A stretch of 52,023 bases of DNA from a candidate division WOR-3 bacterium. GTDB lineage: Bacteria; Hydrothermota; Tepidihabitantia; B3-TA06. Below, piece by piece: positions 37,877-47,100 of the stretch (the stretch's first letter is position 1; every line of letters begins with the position of its first letter). Both the position numbers and the translations under genes were made by a program. The notes under the pieces were generated by a model. It did no database searches and was not told where the DNA came from. It was given only the letters and a program-made list of their open reading frames with translations. The stretch is from contig CBFGKC010000017.1 in assembly GCA_965649265.1 (NCBI GenBank), positions 1 through 52,023 of the forward strand, given 5' to 3'.

Positions 37877-39238
37877 ATGGCTTTCATACTTCTGCTTTTG
37901 GGAGAGGTCTCCCTCTCCGGTTCAAACGAATCGCACCTCTGGTTCGAGGTGCCCGGATGGAAAACCCAGTTCTACAACGAGGCTTCGGCGGACCTATACG
38001 TGGAAGCGTTCCGCGTAGGCGCGCGCTTTCTTCTGGACGCCGAAAAGCTTCGTGACACGCTCACCCGGATTAAGTTCACGCAGCGCTACCTGGAATATTC
38101 GGGTGACCAGTTCAATCTCACCCTGGGTAACTACTACACTACTCTCGGGTACGGACTCGTGCTTTGTTCTTTCGAGGACAAGTCTCTGCGCATCGACCGC
38201 AATCTTGACGGCGGCAAAATCGGCTGGCAGAAGGGCTGGTTTACGCTAGGGGCGCTCGCGGGGCGCATGCTCGAAGCGGACAAAGTGAATCGAGACGAGT
38301 GGCTTTACGCAGCGGATGCGTCGGTCTCCCCTTTAGAGAATTTGAGGATAGGCGCATTGTATCTCAGGAGGGATGCGACCGAGGACGCCGATACTCTTTT
38401 CGGAAGAGCCTACGAGGAGTGGTCGGAGCAGAACCTCGATTTTCAATTATGGCGCTTTAACCTCGGAGCCGCCGCGGCCGAGCGCTTTACATGGGGGCGT
38501 CACTCCTCGAGCGGGTGGATAGGTACGGACAACATTAACGGCTTCGGTCTCTTCGGCACACTCTCCTACAGCCAGGAGGGCATCGGAGTTCTTCTTGAAG
38601 GCAAGAGCTATAAAGGACTTGCAGGCGGCATCAACGCTCCCCCTCCTGCCAACCCGGACGGAGAGTCAATAAACGAGGGCGCTGACGAGCAGGGCTTCCG
38701 TGTGAATCTCAACCTTGCTCCGTGGACCTGGCTCCACGTTGATGCAGGCTACGCCTTGGCATGGGACTCCTCGAAGGCAAGCACGCTTCAAAGGACGGGA
38801 GTGGAGTCGAGAATCGACCTCGGAGGCCATACATTCACGCCGTTCTTTAACCTGACTGATCGAGATTTACCTGGAAGTTTGAACCCCCAGAACGACCTGC
38901 TCGAAGCCGGGCTTGGCTACGAGACCCTTATCTGGCAAGTTTCCACGCACTTCAAGGGCTCCTGGCGCGAAGTGACCGAGGGCAGCGATAAGTGGGGTGA
39001 GCCCCACCTCCTCTTGGAACTCGGCTGGGGACCATGGATGCTTGCGGGCGGCGGTGTGGCCGTGCTCGCCGATTCTACAACCCTCTGGCCCTGGGGTTCT
39101 ATTCGCTACAACGCCTATCCCATCGATCTGACACTTTCCTACGGCCGATTCAAGGGCGAGTATATCTGCAAGAACGGCATCTGCTCGTACGAACTCCCGT
39201 TCGAGGGGCTCAAGGCCGATCTGACGCTGTATTTTTAA
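37877..39238 (+). CDS. DUF6029-like outer-membrane beta-barrel
   Basis: LGNYYTTLGYGLVL..FEDKSLRIDRNLDG; C-terminus GEYICKNGIC..FEGLKADLTLYF with terminal Phe; promoter TTGACA-17-GATAAT-6-ATG. Confidence 0.78.
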   Translation: MAFILLLLGEVSLSGSNESHLWFEVPGWKTQFYNEASADLYVEAFRVGARFLLDAEKLRDTLTRIKFTQRYLEYSGDQFNLTLGNYYTTLGYGLVLCSFEDKSLRIDRNLDGGKIGWQKGWFTLGALAGRMLEADKVNRDEWLYAADASVSPLENLRIGALYLRRDATEDADTLFGRAYEEWSEQNLDFQLWRFNLGAAAAERFTWGRHSSSGWIGTDNINGFGLFGTLSYSQEGIGVLLEGKSYKGLAGGINAPPPANPDGESINEGADEQGFRVNLNLAPWTWLHVDAGYALAWDSSKASTLQRTGVESRIDLGGHTFTPFFNLTDRDLPGSLNPQNDLLEAGLGYETLIWQVSTHFKGSWREVTEGSDKWGEPHLLLELGWGPWMLAGGGVAVLADSTTLWPWGSIRYNAYPIDLTLSYGRFKGEYICKNGICSYELPFEGLKADLTLYF

Positions 39239-39243
39239 CTAAA

Positions 39244-39274
39244 TCCCCAAAAAATGCGGAGCATTTTTCGGGGA
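39244..39274. terminator. hairpin between convergent genes
   Basis: tccccaaaaaatgc-gga-gcatttttcgggga. Confidence 0.55.
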
Positions 39275-39402
39275 ACCTCTTTTTCCTTGTATCAGTCCGT
39301 CATAAGGTTAATATCCGCCTTCCTCTAGGGGTTGGCTTAATGCAAGATTTGTTTAAAGCGAATACGATCTCGGCAAAAAAACCGAAGTCGGTTTTTGTGG
39401 AA

Positions 39403-39867
39403 TTATTTTATGTCAGTAGAGCGGTCAATGTCATTTCTCTCCTCGTCGGTGAGTTCGTCCCACGCCGCAGGACCGGCAACTATACCTTTGGAGGATTTGC
39501 GGGCCTTGCCCATGTTCTTTCCGGCCTCGTTGACCGCAGGACCGAAGACGTCGAACCACTTAAAGGAGTCCTTGCCGAAAACGCCCTCGACTATTTCGCC
39601 CGATTCCATGCCCACGTTTGCCTCGTGCCTTGAAGCCAGCAACCTGGCAAAATCCACGGCATCTCGCGCCCTCTCGAAAACCAGAAGACCGGCGTCGCCC
39701 ATGAACTTCACTACGCGACCATTATGCCCGGCGACGAGGTCTATCGTCTCGGAATAGAAGTCGTTGAGACCTTCGGCGATCTCCGCCGCGGACTTTCCCT
39801 CCTGATCGGCGTACCAGCCTTTGAGGTCAAAGAAAACAACTGTTTTACTTGTCTTTAATATATCCAT
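39403..39867 (-). CDS. stand-alone minimal class III nucleotidyl cyclase domain
   Basis: VFFDLKGW, VKFMGDA, GMESGE, FDVFGPAVNEAGK. Confidence 0.8.
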   Translation of the reverse strand: MDILKTSKTVVFFDLKGWYADQEGKSAAEIAEGLNDFYSETIDLVAGHNGRVVKFMGDAGLLVFERARDAVDFARLLASRHEANVGMESGEIVEGVFGKDSFKWFDVFGPAVNEAGKNMGKARKSSKGIVAGPAAWDELTDEERNDIDRSTDIK

Positions 39868-40013
39868 AAAAACAATTTAACGCTGATCGAATTGCTTGTC
39901 AAGCCCTTGACAACCCCCCATCTCTATCCTATTATTAGAGGTTGAAAGTGGCTTTTAGATGTTATAAGTCATTGGAGTGCAAACCTAAAATCATAAACCA
40001 AGGAGGTTTCTTT

Positions 40014-40316
40014 ATGAAGAAGCTCTTCACAATTGCCGCGATGGCAGGTCTTGTCATGCTGGTCGGCTTCACGGTCGGCTGTGGCAAGCTTGGCGGCGGC
40101 GAGAAGGCGGACGAAACCGCCCAGATGATCTCCGATCTTCAGGACAGGGTTTCGACCCTTGAAGGTGACGTGGAAGCTTTATCCACATCCCTCTCCGATC
40201 TGCAGACCGAATATGACAATCACATGGAAAAGTACCACGGCACCACGACCAACCTCAAGCCCCTGCCCAAGACCGGCGGTGGTGGCGGCGGAGTGAGACC
40301 TCCGACAACCAAGTAA
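40014..40316 (+). CDS. small coiled-coil lipoprotein
   Basis: AGGAGG RBS, lipobox TVGC, heptad LQDRVSTLEGDVEAL, Gly/Pro tail. Confidence 0.75.
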   Translation: MKKLFTIAAMAGLVMLVGFTVGCGKLGGGEKADETAQMISDLQDRVSTLEGDVEALSTSLSDLQTEYDNHMEKYHGTTTNLKPLPKTGGGGGGVRPPTTK

Positions 40317-40347
40317 GCAAACCAAAAACCTTTAAGGAGGACAAACT

Positions 40348-41130
40348 ATGAAGAAGTTCCTTGCTATAAGTCTTTTAGCCATTGCAGGATTCGCCCTGAT
40401 GAACATGACCTGCGTAGTCCCACCTGTTGACCCTGTTTCAGGTCTTAACTACGAGATAGTGAACGACAACGACGGCAATCCCGGCGGCGCCGTAAAGCTG
40501 ACCTGGACATTGCCTGCATCTTCCGACGATGTGGTCGTCAGCGTTGACGGAGTGGATTTGACCCCGGTGGTCGGCTCCGAGACCATCGTGTACACGGCCG
40601 GCGGCGAGATTAACGTCTACAACCGCGTAGGTCAGGATAAGAGCTCTGCGGTTTCACTCGACCTTTCGGTCGTAGAGACCCCAACCCTTGATGTTTACAG
40701 CGTGGATGATCCTTCACCCGATGATCCGTCAGGCTTCGGCTTCGGCTCATCCGGCACCGCTGCGGCCTACGCCGTATCCACCCAGTCCAACTGGCCTCTC
40801 ATCGATTTCTACATTGCCAGCGGTCCGAAAATCGCCTCCCCGAGCGACCACCTTCCTACCCCGCTCAATGACGAGGTGAATGCCGCTGCTTCGGAGACGA
40901 GCACTTATGACAACCTGGTGATCGCCTCTCCTACCGGACAGAATCTCTACTTCACCAACCTTTCACTTGCCAGCAACGGCGTATACAGTCTCTGGATCGA
41001 TCCCACCAACAACGGCTACTCCGCGGATGATAACTTTGCAAAAGCGCACGTGACCGGCATAGACGGTTACAAGGTTACCTTTACCTTCGGTTTCCAGACC
41101 AAGGCCGGTCTGCGCTGGATTGCCAACTAA
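40348..41130 (+). CDS. hypothetical beta-rich lipoprotein
   Basis: AAGGAGG RBS, signal ending NMTC; paralog at 41630-42475. Confidence 0.75.
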   Translation: MKKFLAISLLAIAGFALMNMTCVVPPVDPVSGLNYEIVNDNDGNPGGAVKLTWTLPASSDDVVVSVDGVDLTPVVGSETIVYTAGGEINVYNRVGQDKSSAVSLDLSVVETPTLDVYSVDDPSPDDPSGFGFGSSGTAAAYAVSTQSNWPLIDFYIASGPKIASPSDHLPTPLNDEVNAAASETSTYDNLVIASPTGQNLYFTNLSLASNGVYSLWIDPTNNGYSADDNFAKAHVTGIDGYKVTFTFGFQTKAGLRWIAN

Positions 41131-41159
41131 GAATACTTCGGGATATCTTTTGATTAACA

Positions 41160-41190
41160 TTAAAGGGGGAGCAATCAGCTCCCCCTTTAA
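41160..41190 (+). terminator. intrinsic terminator
   Basis: ttaaagggggagc-aatca-gctccccctttaa. Confidence 0.8.
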
Positions 41191-41213
41191 TGTTTAAAAA
41201 CAGGAGTCAGATT

Positions 41214-41543
41214 GTGAAACGAATAGTCTTGTTAATTTCAGGAGTGCTTGTTTTGCTGACCGCGGCGGGATGCACGAACTACGCGGTCACGCGTCGGGTT
41301 GACGCCCTTTACACAAAGATCAACGAGATGCAAACGAGCATAACGGATCTTGAGAAGGAGGTCAAACGTCTAAACGACAAACTTCTTGCAATACAGGGGC
41401 CGCCAACGGCTGATCTTTCGGCCCTGCAGAAACGCATCGAGCAGGTTAACGATCAATACCGCATTCTAGCGACCGAAATAGCCAAGCTCCAGGAAAAAGC
41501 CGGTTTTAAACCGATGGACACGGCTCCGCCAAAGGCGAAATGA
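41214..41543 (+). CDS. small coiled-coil lipoprotein
   Basis: GTG after AGGAG; lipobox AAGC; two heptad runs. Confidence 0.72.
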   Translation: MKRIVLLISGVLVLLTAAGCTNYAVTRRVDALYTKINEMQTSITDLEKEVKRLNDKLLAIQGPPTADLSALQKRIEQVNDQYRILATEIAKLQEKAGFKPMDTAPPKAK

Positions 41544-41629
41544 TACCGGCCTCTCAAGTGAAAGGAGACAACACTTGGCCGGCAATCCTGAGAGAGGATA
41601 ATATTTTCTAAACTTACCCTGGAGGGAAA

Positions 41630-42475
41630 ATGATGGGGTTTCGTGTTTTGACTATCCTTTTTGTAAACGTTCTCCTTATTACGTGTCAGGAGGTGGGGGT
41701 CCCTCAGCCTTCAAAAAGCGGCGTCCTGGCGGACAGCCTTTACCGTCCACCAGTAAAGAATCTGAGCTAACAGGTCATCGCGGGCCAGGATATGTCCCCG
41801 GGAGGGGGTGTCAAGCTTATGTGGGAGAAGCCGGACTCAACCGAGCCTGACGACTACGTGGTGAGTGTTGATGGGGTTGATCTTGTTCCCATCATGGAGC
41901 CTTACATGGACGTATACGAGCCCGGCGCAAAGCTCTCCGTTTACGCGCGGCACAGCGGAGAAAAAAGCGAACCGGCATCTGCAAATTTCGGCGCGGCAGA
42001 GACTCCGCTGATAGAGGTTTGGAGCGTTAACGACCCTGATCCCGACCATCCATGCGGTTTCGGGTTCGACTCGTCAGGTTCTGCGAAAGCTTACACAAGC
42101 CTCGAAACGGATCTTTACGATTACTGGATATACGCCGATCCAGATAGAATACTTTTAGTCTCTCCCAGCGATCACGCTCCTGAACCTTTTAATGAGCACT
42201 ATTATTACAGCACCGCAGCCTCTGAGTCGTATTCAAATCTGGAAGTAATAAATATCAGCAATTCCTTAACCTTTTCGACACAAAGCAAAATCTACGTCGA
42301 TTCTCTTTATTCCCTCTGGCTGAGCGAAGACATGAGCGGATACTCCGCACAAGACCACTTCGGCAAGGCGCTGGTTATAGGCATCGAAAACAGTTCAGAA
42401 GTCTACAAGATTTCCTTCAAGCTTGCCTACCAGCTTATTCCGGGTCTGCGCTGGGTGGTGTTGGGCACATGGTAA
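41630..42475 (+). pseudogene. paralog of 40348-41130 with a single in-frame TAA at 41768
   Basis: GGAGG-ATG 41630 and signal peptide LLITC are in frame with ORF 41792; PVKNLS*QVI aligns to PVSGLNYEIV; shared GFGF and GLRW motifs. Confidence 0.8.
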
Positions 42476-42625
42476 AGCGAGAAAGAGGCGTATCGATATG
42501 CGTGGTGGTGCATTCTTGGTGGTTATGAGCATTTGTCCATAAAATCTGGACGCCTGGAGTCAAATTCGATCTGATTCGTAATGTGGCTATCTTGACATGG
42601 AACCTAGCATCCCTATCATACGCCC

Positions 42626-43666
42626 ATGAAACCGAAAGTATTCTTCCTTCCCGGAAAGGAGAAGATGGATCTCCTAAATCGCCTGCCTTTGTTGCTTTCG
42701 AAACTCATTGATTCCGATTTCAAGTCCAATGAGTTCTGCGGTGTAAAGGTGCACGTGGGCGAGCGAGGAAACGAGACCTTTGTGCCCGCCGATTTCGCAC
42801 GGGTCGGGGTTCGCTTCCTCAAGGAGAAGAAAGCGAGGCCGTTCCTTTTCGAGACCAACACGCTTTATCAAGGCCAGCGCGGTAACACGCTTGACCACTT
42901 GAAAGTGGCCGCCGAGCACGGTTTCACTCTTGAGAACGTCGGTGCACCGCTCGTCATTGCCGACGGCATACGCGGTGAGGCTCAGGCTCGTGTTCCGGTC
43001 AGAAACGGAAAACACATCAAGGAAGCAAAACTGGCATCGCTCGTGCCTAATATACCTTGCATGGTCGGTTTCTCGCATTTTAAAGGGCACATGCTTTCAG
43101 GCTTCGGTGCGACCATAAAGAACTTTTCTATGGGCACGGCCGCGCGAGGCGGGAAACTCGAGATGCACAGCCTGTCGAAGCCGAAGATAGACGTCTCAAA
43201 ATGCATTCGTTGCGGCGAATGCCGGCGCCGCTGCCCTTCGGACGCCATCCTGATGAAGTCCGAGGATTTCATAATAGTACAGGCAAAGTGCACGGGCTGC
43301 GCGGGCTGCATAGGCGTTTGTCCCGTGAAAGCGGTCAAGTTTAAGTGGAACGAGGCGTCGGAGTCCGCCTCGGAGAAGATGGCTGAGTATGCTCTGGCAA
43401 CTCTTGCCGGGAGGGAGTCTTTTTTTGTGAATTTTTTAATAAACATCTCAGCAGAGTGCGACTGCTGGGGCGAGAAGATGAAGCCCGTACACCCCGACGT
43501 CGGAGCTCTTGCCTCGCGCGATCCTGTGGCTTTGGATCAAGCCTGTTTTGACATGGTTTCGAAGGCAATCCGTTCGGCCCACGAGGACATTGAACCCGAG
43601 GTGCAGCTCGCGCACGCCGAACTAATAGGTCTTGGAAAAAGAGATTACAAACTGGAGGAATTGTGA
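42626..43666 (+). CDS. DUF362 protein with 2x 4Fe-4S ferredoxin domain
   Basis: KVHVGERGN, SHFKGH, CIRCGECRRRCP, CTGCAGCIGVCP, CDCW, DPVALDQAC. Confidence 0.9.
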   Translation: MKPKVFFLPGKEKMDLLNRLPLLLSKLIDSDFKSNEFCGVKVHVGERGNETFVPADFARVGVRFLKEKKARPFLFETNTLYQGQRGNTLDHLKVAAEHGFTLENVGAPLVIADGIRGEAQARVPVRNGKHIKEAKLASLVPNIPCMVGFSHFKGHMLSGFGATIKNFSMGTAARGGKLEMHSLSKPKIDVSKCIRCGECRRRCPSDAILMKSEDFIIVQAKCTGCAGCIGVCPVKAVKFKWNEASESASEKMAEYALATLAGRESFFVNFLINISAECDCWGEKMKPVHPDVGALASRDPVALDQACFDMVSKAIRSAHEDIEPEVQLAHAELIGLGKRDYKLEEL

Positions 43667-45603
43667 TAAATCCTCGTAAAGTACTATTTGCGGCCATTAC
43701 AGGTTTTGCTTTGGCCTTTCTTGTCCTTCTGATCGAAATTATTGCCGGCGGCAATCCGCTGGAAGTACTCGATAAACCACTTCACAATGCTCTTGAGCGC
43801 GCGGCGCTTCACAATAATGAGGACATTGTTCTTGTTGATCTTGACGAAGCAAGTGTCGCCGCACTCGGTGACAAGACCACATGGCCCGCTTTATGGCTTC
43901 CACCGATTCTCGAGCAGCTCAAACCTGCCAAGATGGTCGCGGTTACACTGCCTTGCTTTTCCGAGCAGTCGTTTCCTCCAGAAGCACAGGCAAGGCTTAA
44001 GACAGAGAAGGCCGATTCGCTTGCAAAATTCTTCCGTCTACCAGCGGCAAGGGTTGCCGAAGTTGCGGACAGCTTTTTCGTGAACACTAACTGGGACAAT
44101 CAAGTCGTCGAAGCGATTAGCACGGGCGGAAACGTTTTTCTTGGTTTCAGAATGCTTGAGAACAGGCATTCCGACGAGATATTGCCTTTTTCCGAGCAAG
44201 TCACCAAACGAAGCAAGGATTCTCTGGTAGCTAAGACTAAGATAATCAACAAGGCTGACTATATGTCCTTTCCCATGAAGTGGGTCGTCGCCTCGAGAGG
44301 GATCGGTTACCTTGACGTGATCTACGATGAAGAAGGTGTTGTGAGTGAGGTTCCCCTTATCGCCCTATGCAAGGGTGATTTCTACGTGACCCTTCCGATG
44401 GCCCTCTATCAAGGGCTTAAAGGCCGTAAGGACATAGACCTTCCCCGCTCGAGGATTCTGCGGTATGGTGATGAGGAACTCAGCTTGGGAGAAGGGTACG
44501 GTTTTCGAATCCATTACACATCCAATCTTGAACACTTCAAAAGGGTTTCTGTTACTGCGATTCTTGAGGGGGAGGTCAAGCCTGAAGTTTTCAAAGACAA
44601 GATAGTTTTCGTGGGTTCATCCTTTGAGCCGTATTCCATGGCCGTTCCGACGCCTGTTGACGGGCACATGCCGAGAATGGTGCTCATGGCCAACCTTCTG
44701 ACCAATCTCATGGACGGCAAGCAAGCAATTCCACCGGGAACCATCGTAACATTCATAATCACACTGGCGCTTTCCTTTCTGGGTGCTTTTGCGGTAATGC
44801 TGCCGTGGAGAAAGTTTTCCGTCCCCGGATTCGCCATTCTTCTCATCATCTTCTACCTTGTTGTTGCGGGTACGGCGCGGAACGGGTTGAGAATAGACTT
44901 TTTCGTACCTCTTCTTTCCTCGCTTATCGCCACGGCCGCCGGTTACGTGATCTATTACTACATCGAAGGCAGGCAGCGCGGCTACATGAAGCAGATGGTC
45001 AGGCAGTATTTCCCCAGGGAGAACGAAAAAGAGCTTGTCGAGCGGTTCATGGATCTTCCATATCTCAAGGTAAACAAGGAATCCGTCGTGATGGCAGTTT
45101 ATCTGGATTTCGTCAAAAAAGAGAAGAGCTTCCAGGAAGCCCTCAAGAGCTTTGAGGAGTTTCGCAAACAGGTGCTCGCCATCTGCCGCACAAGAGGCGG
45201 CCTGCGGATGTCCTTTGAGGGCAACTCGAGCATCTTCCTCTTCTCCGGTAAGGAAGGCTATACCAAGGCCTGCCAGGCGAGTCTAGAGATTCGCCGTTTC
45301 TTTACCAACTTCAACGCCAAGTACGTGACCGAGGGAATCGGCGAGTTCACCCTGGGCGTTGGCCTTGCTTCGGGTGAGACGCTCTTGAGTACGCTCGGAA
45401 GCGTTCCTCTCGTCGACCTAGCCGTTTTCGGACAGCCTGTGCTCCTGGCTCGCGAACTTGCGCTTTTGAACTTCGAGCTCAAGACGAAGATACTGCTTGA
45501 GGGCGGTCTCAAGGATTCGGTGCCGCCTGACTCCAAGTTGCGCGAACTCGGGGAACTCGAGATTATCGGCGAGAAACACCTGGTTTACGAGTACCTGCGT
45601 TGA
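43663..45603 (+). CDS. CHASE2 membrane sensor with degenerate cyclase-like domain
   Basis: DIVLVDLDEAS..WP, FKDKIVFVG, PTPV; 3 TMs; C-terminal LGVGLASGE..FGQPV cyclase fold without the catalytic GD. Confidence 0.8.
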   Translation: MINPRKVLFAAITGFALAFLVLLIEIIAGGNPLEVLDKPLHNALERAALHNNEDIVLVDLDEASVAALGDKTTWPALWLPPILEQLKPAKMVAVTLPCFSEQSFPPEAQARLKTEKADSLAKFFRLPAARVAEVADSFFVNTNWDNQVVEAISTGGNVFLGFRMLENRHSDEILPFSEQVTKRSKDSLVAKTKIINKADYMSFPMKWVVASRGIGYLDVIYDEEGVVSEVPLIALCKGDFYVTLPMALYQGLKGRKDIDLPRSRILRYGDEELSLGEGYGFRIHYTSNLEHFKRVSVTAILEGEVKPEVFKDKIVFVGSSFEPYSMAVPTPVDGHMPRMVLMANLLTNLMDGKQAIPPGTIVTFIITLALSFLGAFAVMLPWRKFSVPGFAILLIIFYLVVAGTARNGLRIDFFVPLLSSLIATAAGYVIYYYIEGRQRGYMKQMVRQYFPRENEKELVERFMDLPYLKVNKESVVMAVYLDFVKKEKSFQEALKSFEEFRKQVLAICRTRGGLRMSFEGNSSIFLFSGKEGYTKACQASLEIRRFFTNFNAKYVTEGIGEFTLGVGLASGETLLSTLGSVPLVDLAVFGQPVLLARELALLNFELKTKILLEGGLKDSVPPDSKLRELGELEIIGEKHLVYEYLR

Positions 45604-46361
45604 GTCCATACAAGGTCTCGCTTCCGGTCTATGAAGGGCCGGTAGACCTGCTTTTGTATTTCGTCCAGCGTGACAAGCTGGATGTTCTTGACGTTCCTGT
45701 GGCCCGGCTGGCGGACGAGTTCATCCGCTACGTCGAAACAATGGGCGCCGACATCGAAGAACTGGCCGATTTCCTTCTCATGGCGGCCATTCTCCTGCGG
45801 TGGAAGATGCGGGTGCTTCTGCGAGAAAGCATCGATCAGGAACAGGGACTCACGGAGGAACCGGTCACTCTCTCTCGAATCCTTGAAGAGTTTAACCGTT
45901 ACAGGGAAACTGCAGGTTTCCTTGAGGTTCGCCGCGAGGACAATCTGCGTTACTATCCCCGTGGAAGCGAGACACAGGTCGAATCAAAAGGTGTACTTGT
46001 GGATCTCCTCAATTCCTTTGCAGCGATGCTTGAACGCGAGCGGCCGCGCCAGCCTCTTCTCTTGACCCGCGACGACTGGACCGTTGAAGAAGCCGTCGAC
46101 TGGCTCAAGGAAACACTCAAGATGCGTCCCCAGTTCCGGTTTTTCGAGGTGATGCGTGAGAGGCGATCGAGCATCTTTGACATGCTTGTCCTGTTCCTCG
46201 CCATACTCGAACAAACCAGGCTCAGAATCGTGCGCGTTACCCAGAACGAGGCCTTTGAGGATTTCGACGTCGAAAAAGTTATCCACACAGGCGAACACCC
46301 CGTACCCCTTCGGGGCACTTCCGTCAGCAACAACGAATCAAAGGAAGTAACACCCCCGTAA
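45600..46361 (+). CDS. scpA: segregation/condensation protein A (kleisin)
   Basis: YEGPVDLLL, ADFLLMAAILL, FLAILE..QNEAFEDF; the last ~22 aa derive from the repeat. Confidence 0.9.
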   Translation: MSPYKVSLPVYEGPVDLLLYFVQRDKLDVLDVPVARLADEFIRYVETMGADIEELADFLLMAAILLRWKMRVLLRESIDQEQGLTEEPVTLSRILEEFNRYRETAGFLEVRREDNLRYYPRGSETQVESKGVLVDLLNSFAAMLERERPRQPLLLTRDDWTVEEAVDWLKETLKMRPQFRFFEVMRERRSSIFDMLVLFLAILEQTRLRIVRVTQNEAFEDFDVEKVIHTGEHPVPLRGTSVSNNESKEVTPP

Positions 46362-46590
46362 CACCCCGTACCCCTTCGGGGCACTTCCGTCAGCGGCAAC
46401 GAATCAAAGGAAGTAACACTCGTAACACCCCGTACCCAAAGGGCATTCTCATAATCATACGGAGCTTAGCTCCGAAGTCTAAGGAAATAACACTCGTAAC
46501 CCTTCGAGGGAGGGTCTGACCCTTGGGATGAGTCTTCATCAAGTAGGTCATCCTCATATGCAACTTATACTGCAAGAAAATACACACCAC
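46294..46590 (-). repeat. four-unit array of the dispersed hairpin repeat
   Basis: Units start at 46294, 46360, 46424 and 46498. Conserved junction aaggaaRtaacacYcgtaacaccccgtaccc; units 1 and 2 nearly identical. Confidence 0.88.
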
Positions 46591-46788
46591 GTGATACGCT
46601 CTCTAACTCATCCGTAACCCTCCGCGTGTTGTTCTGATAGACATGCGAGAACATGATTGCGATTATAACATCCGTAGCTCACGCCACTTGCAGGGGCTGA
46701 CTTCTGCAATAATTCCTTAGGGCGTTCTGTGAGCTTGAATTAACCTGATGATGGTTCGGAGAAGGGGTTCACAAAGTAATAAAGCTTA

Positions 46789-47100
46789 TTACTCCGGAGT
46801 AATAAGGATCGCCTCGATTTTTGGCCGAAGCTCCTCTAGCGTCGGGCGCCTCTGACCGTAATTCTCGTAAGTGACGTGTTTCCCGGACTTGAAGCTCTCC
46901 TCGAGAAAAAACGTCCTGCCGCCGAGTCCCTCGAAGTCATGCCACTCCACCTCTATCACGCGGATCAGCGACCCATCCTTGAATACGGGGAAGCCGAACA
47001 GTTTCCCTTGATCGCCCTCCACCTCCTCGAAGGCGAACACCCTTACCACCAGGTCCCCCACTCTGAATTCCTCTACGAAACGGGGTTTGGGTTGAGTCAT
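46789..47100 (-). CDS. hypothetical protein (103 aa)
   Basis: GGAGG RBS and TTGACC-16-TACCAT promoter (47146-47119). Confidence 0.65.
   Translation of the reverse strand: MTQPKPRFVEEFRVGDLVVRVFAFEEVEGDQGKLFGFPVFKDGSLIRVIEVEWHDFEGLGGRTFFLEESFKSGKHVTYENYGQRRPTLEELRPKIEAILITPE

Noticed and set aside
46279-46287. Perfect DnaA box TTATCCACA
   Set aside because: Single box inside scpA; no box cluster or AT-rich unwinding element
46294-46590. CRISPR array
   Set aside because: Only 3-4 degenerate units, unequal and duplicated spacers, dispersed solo copies and no cas genes in the window
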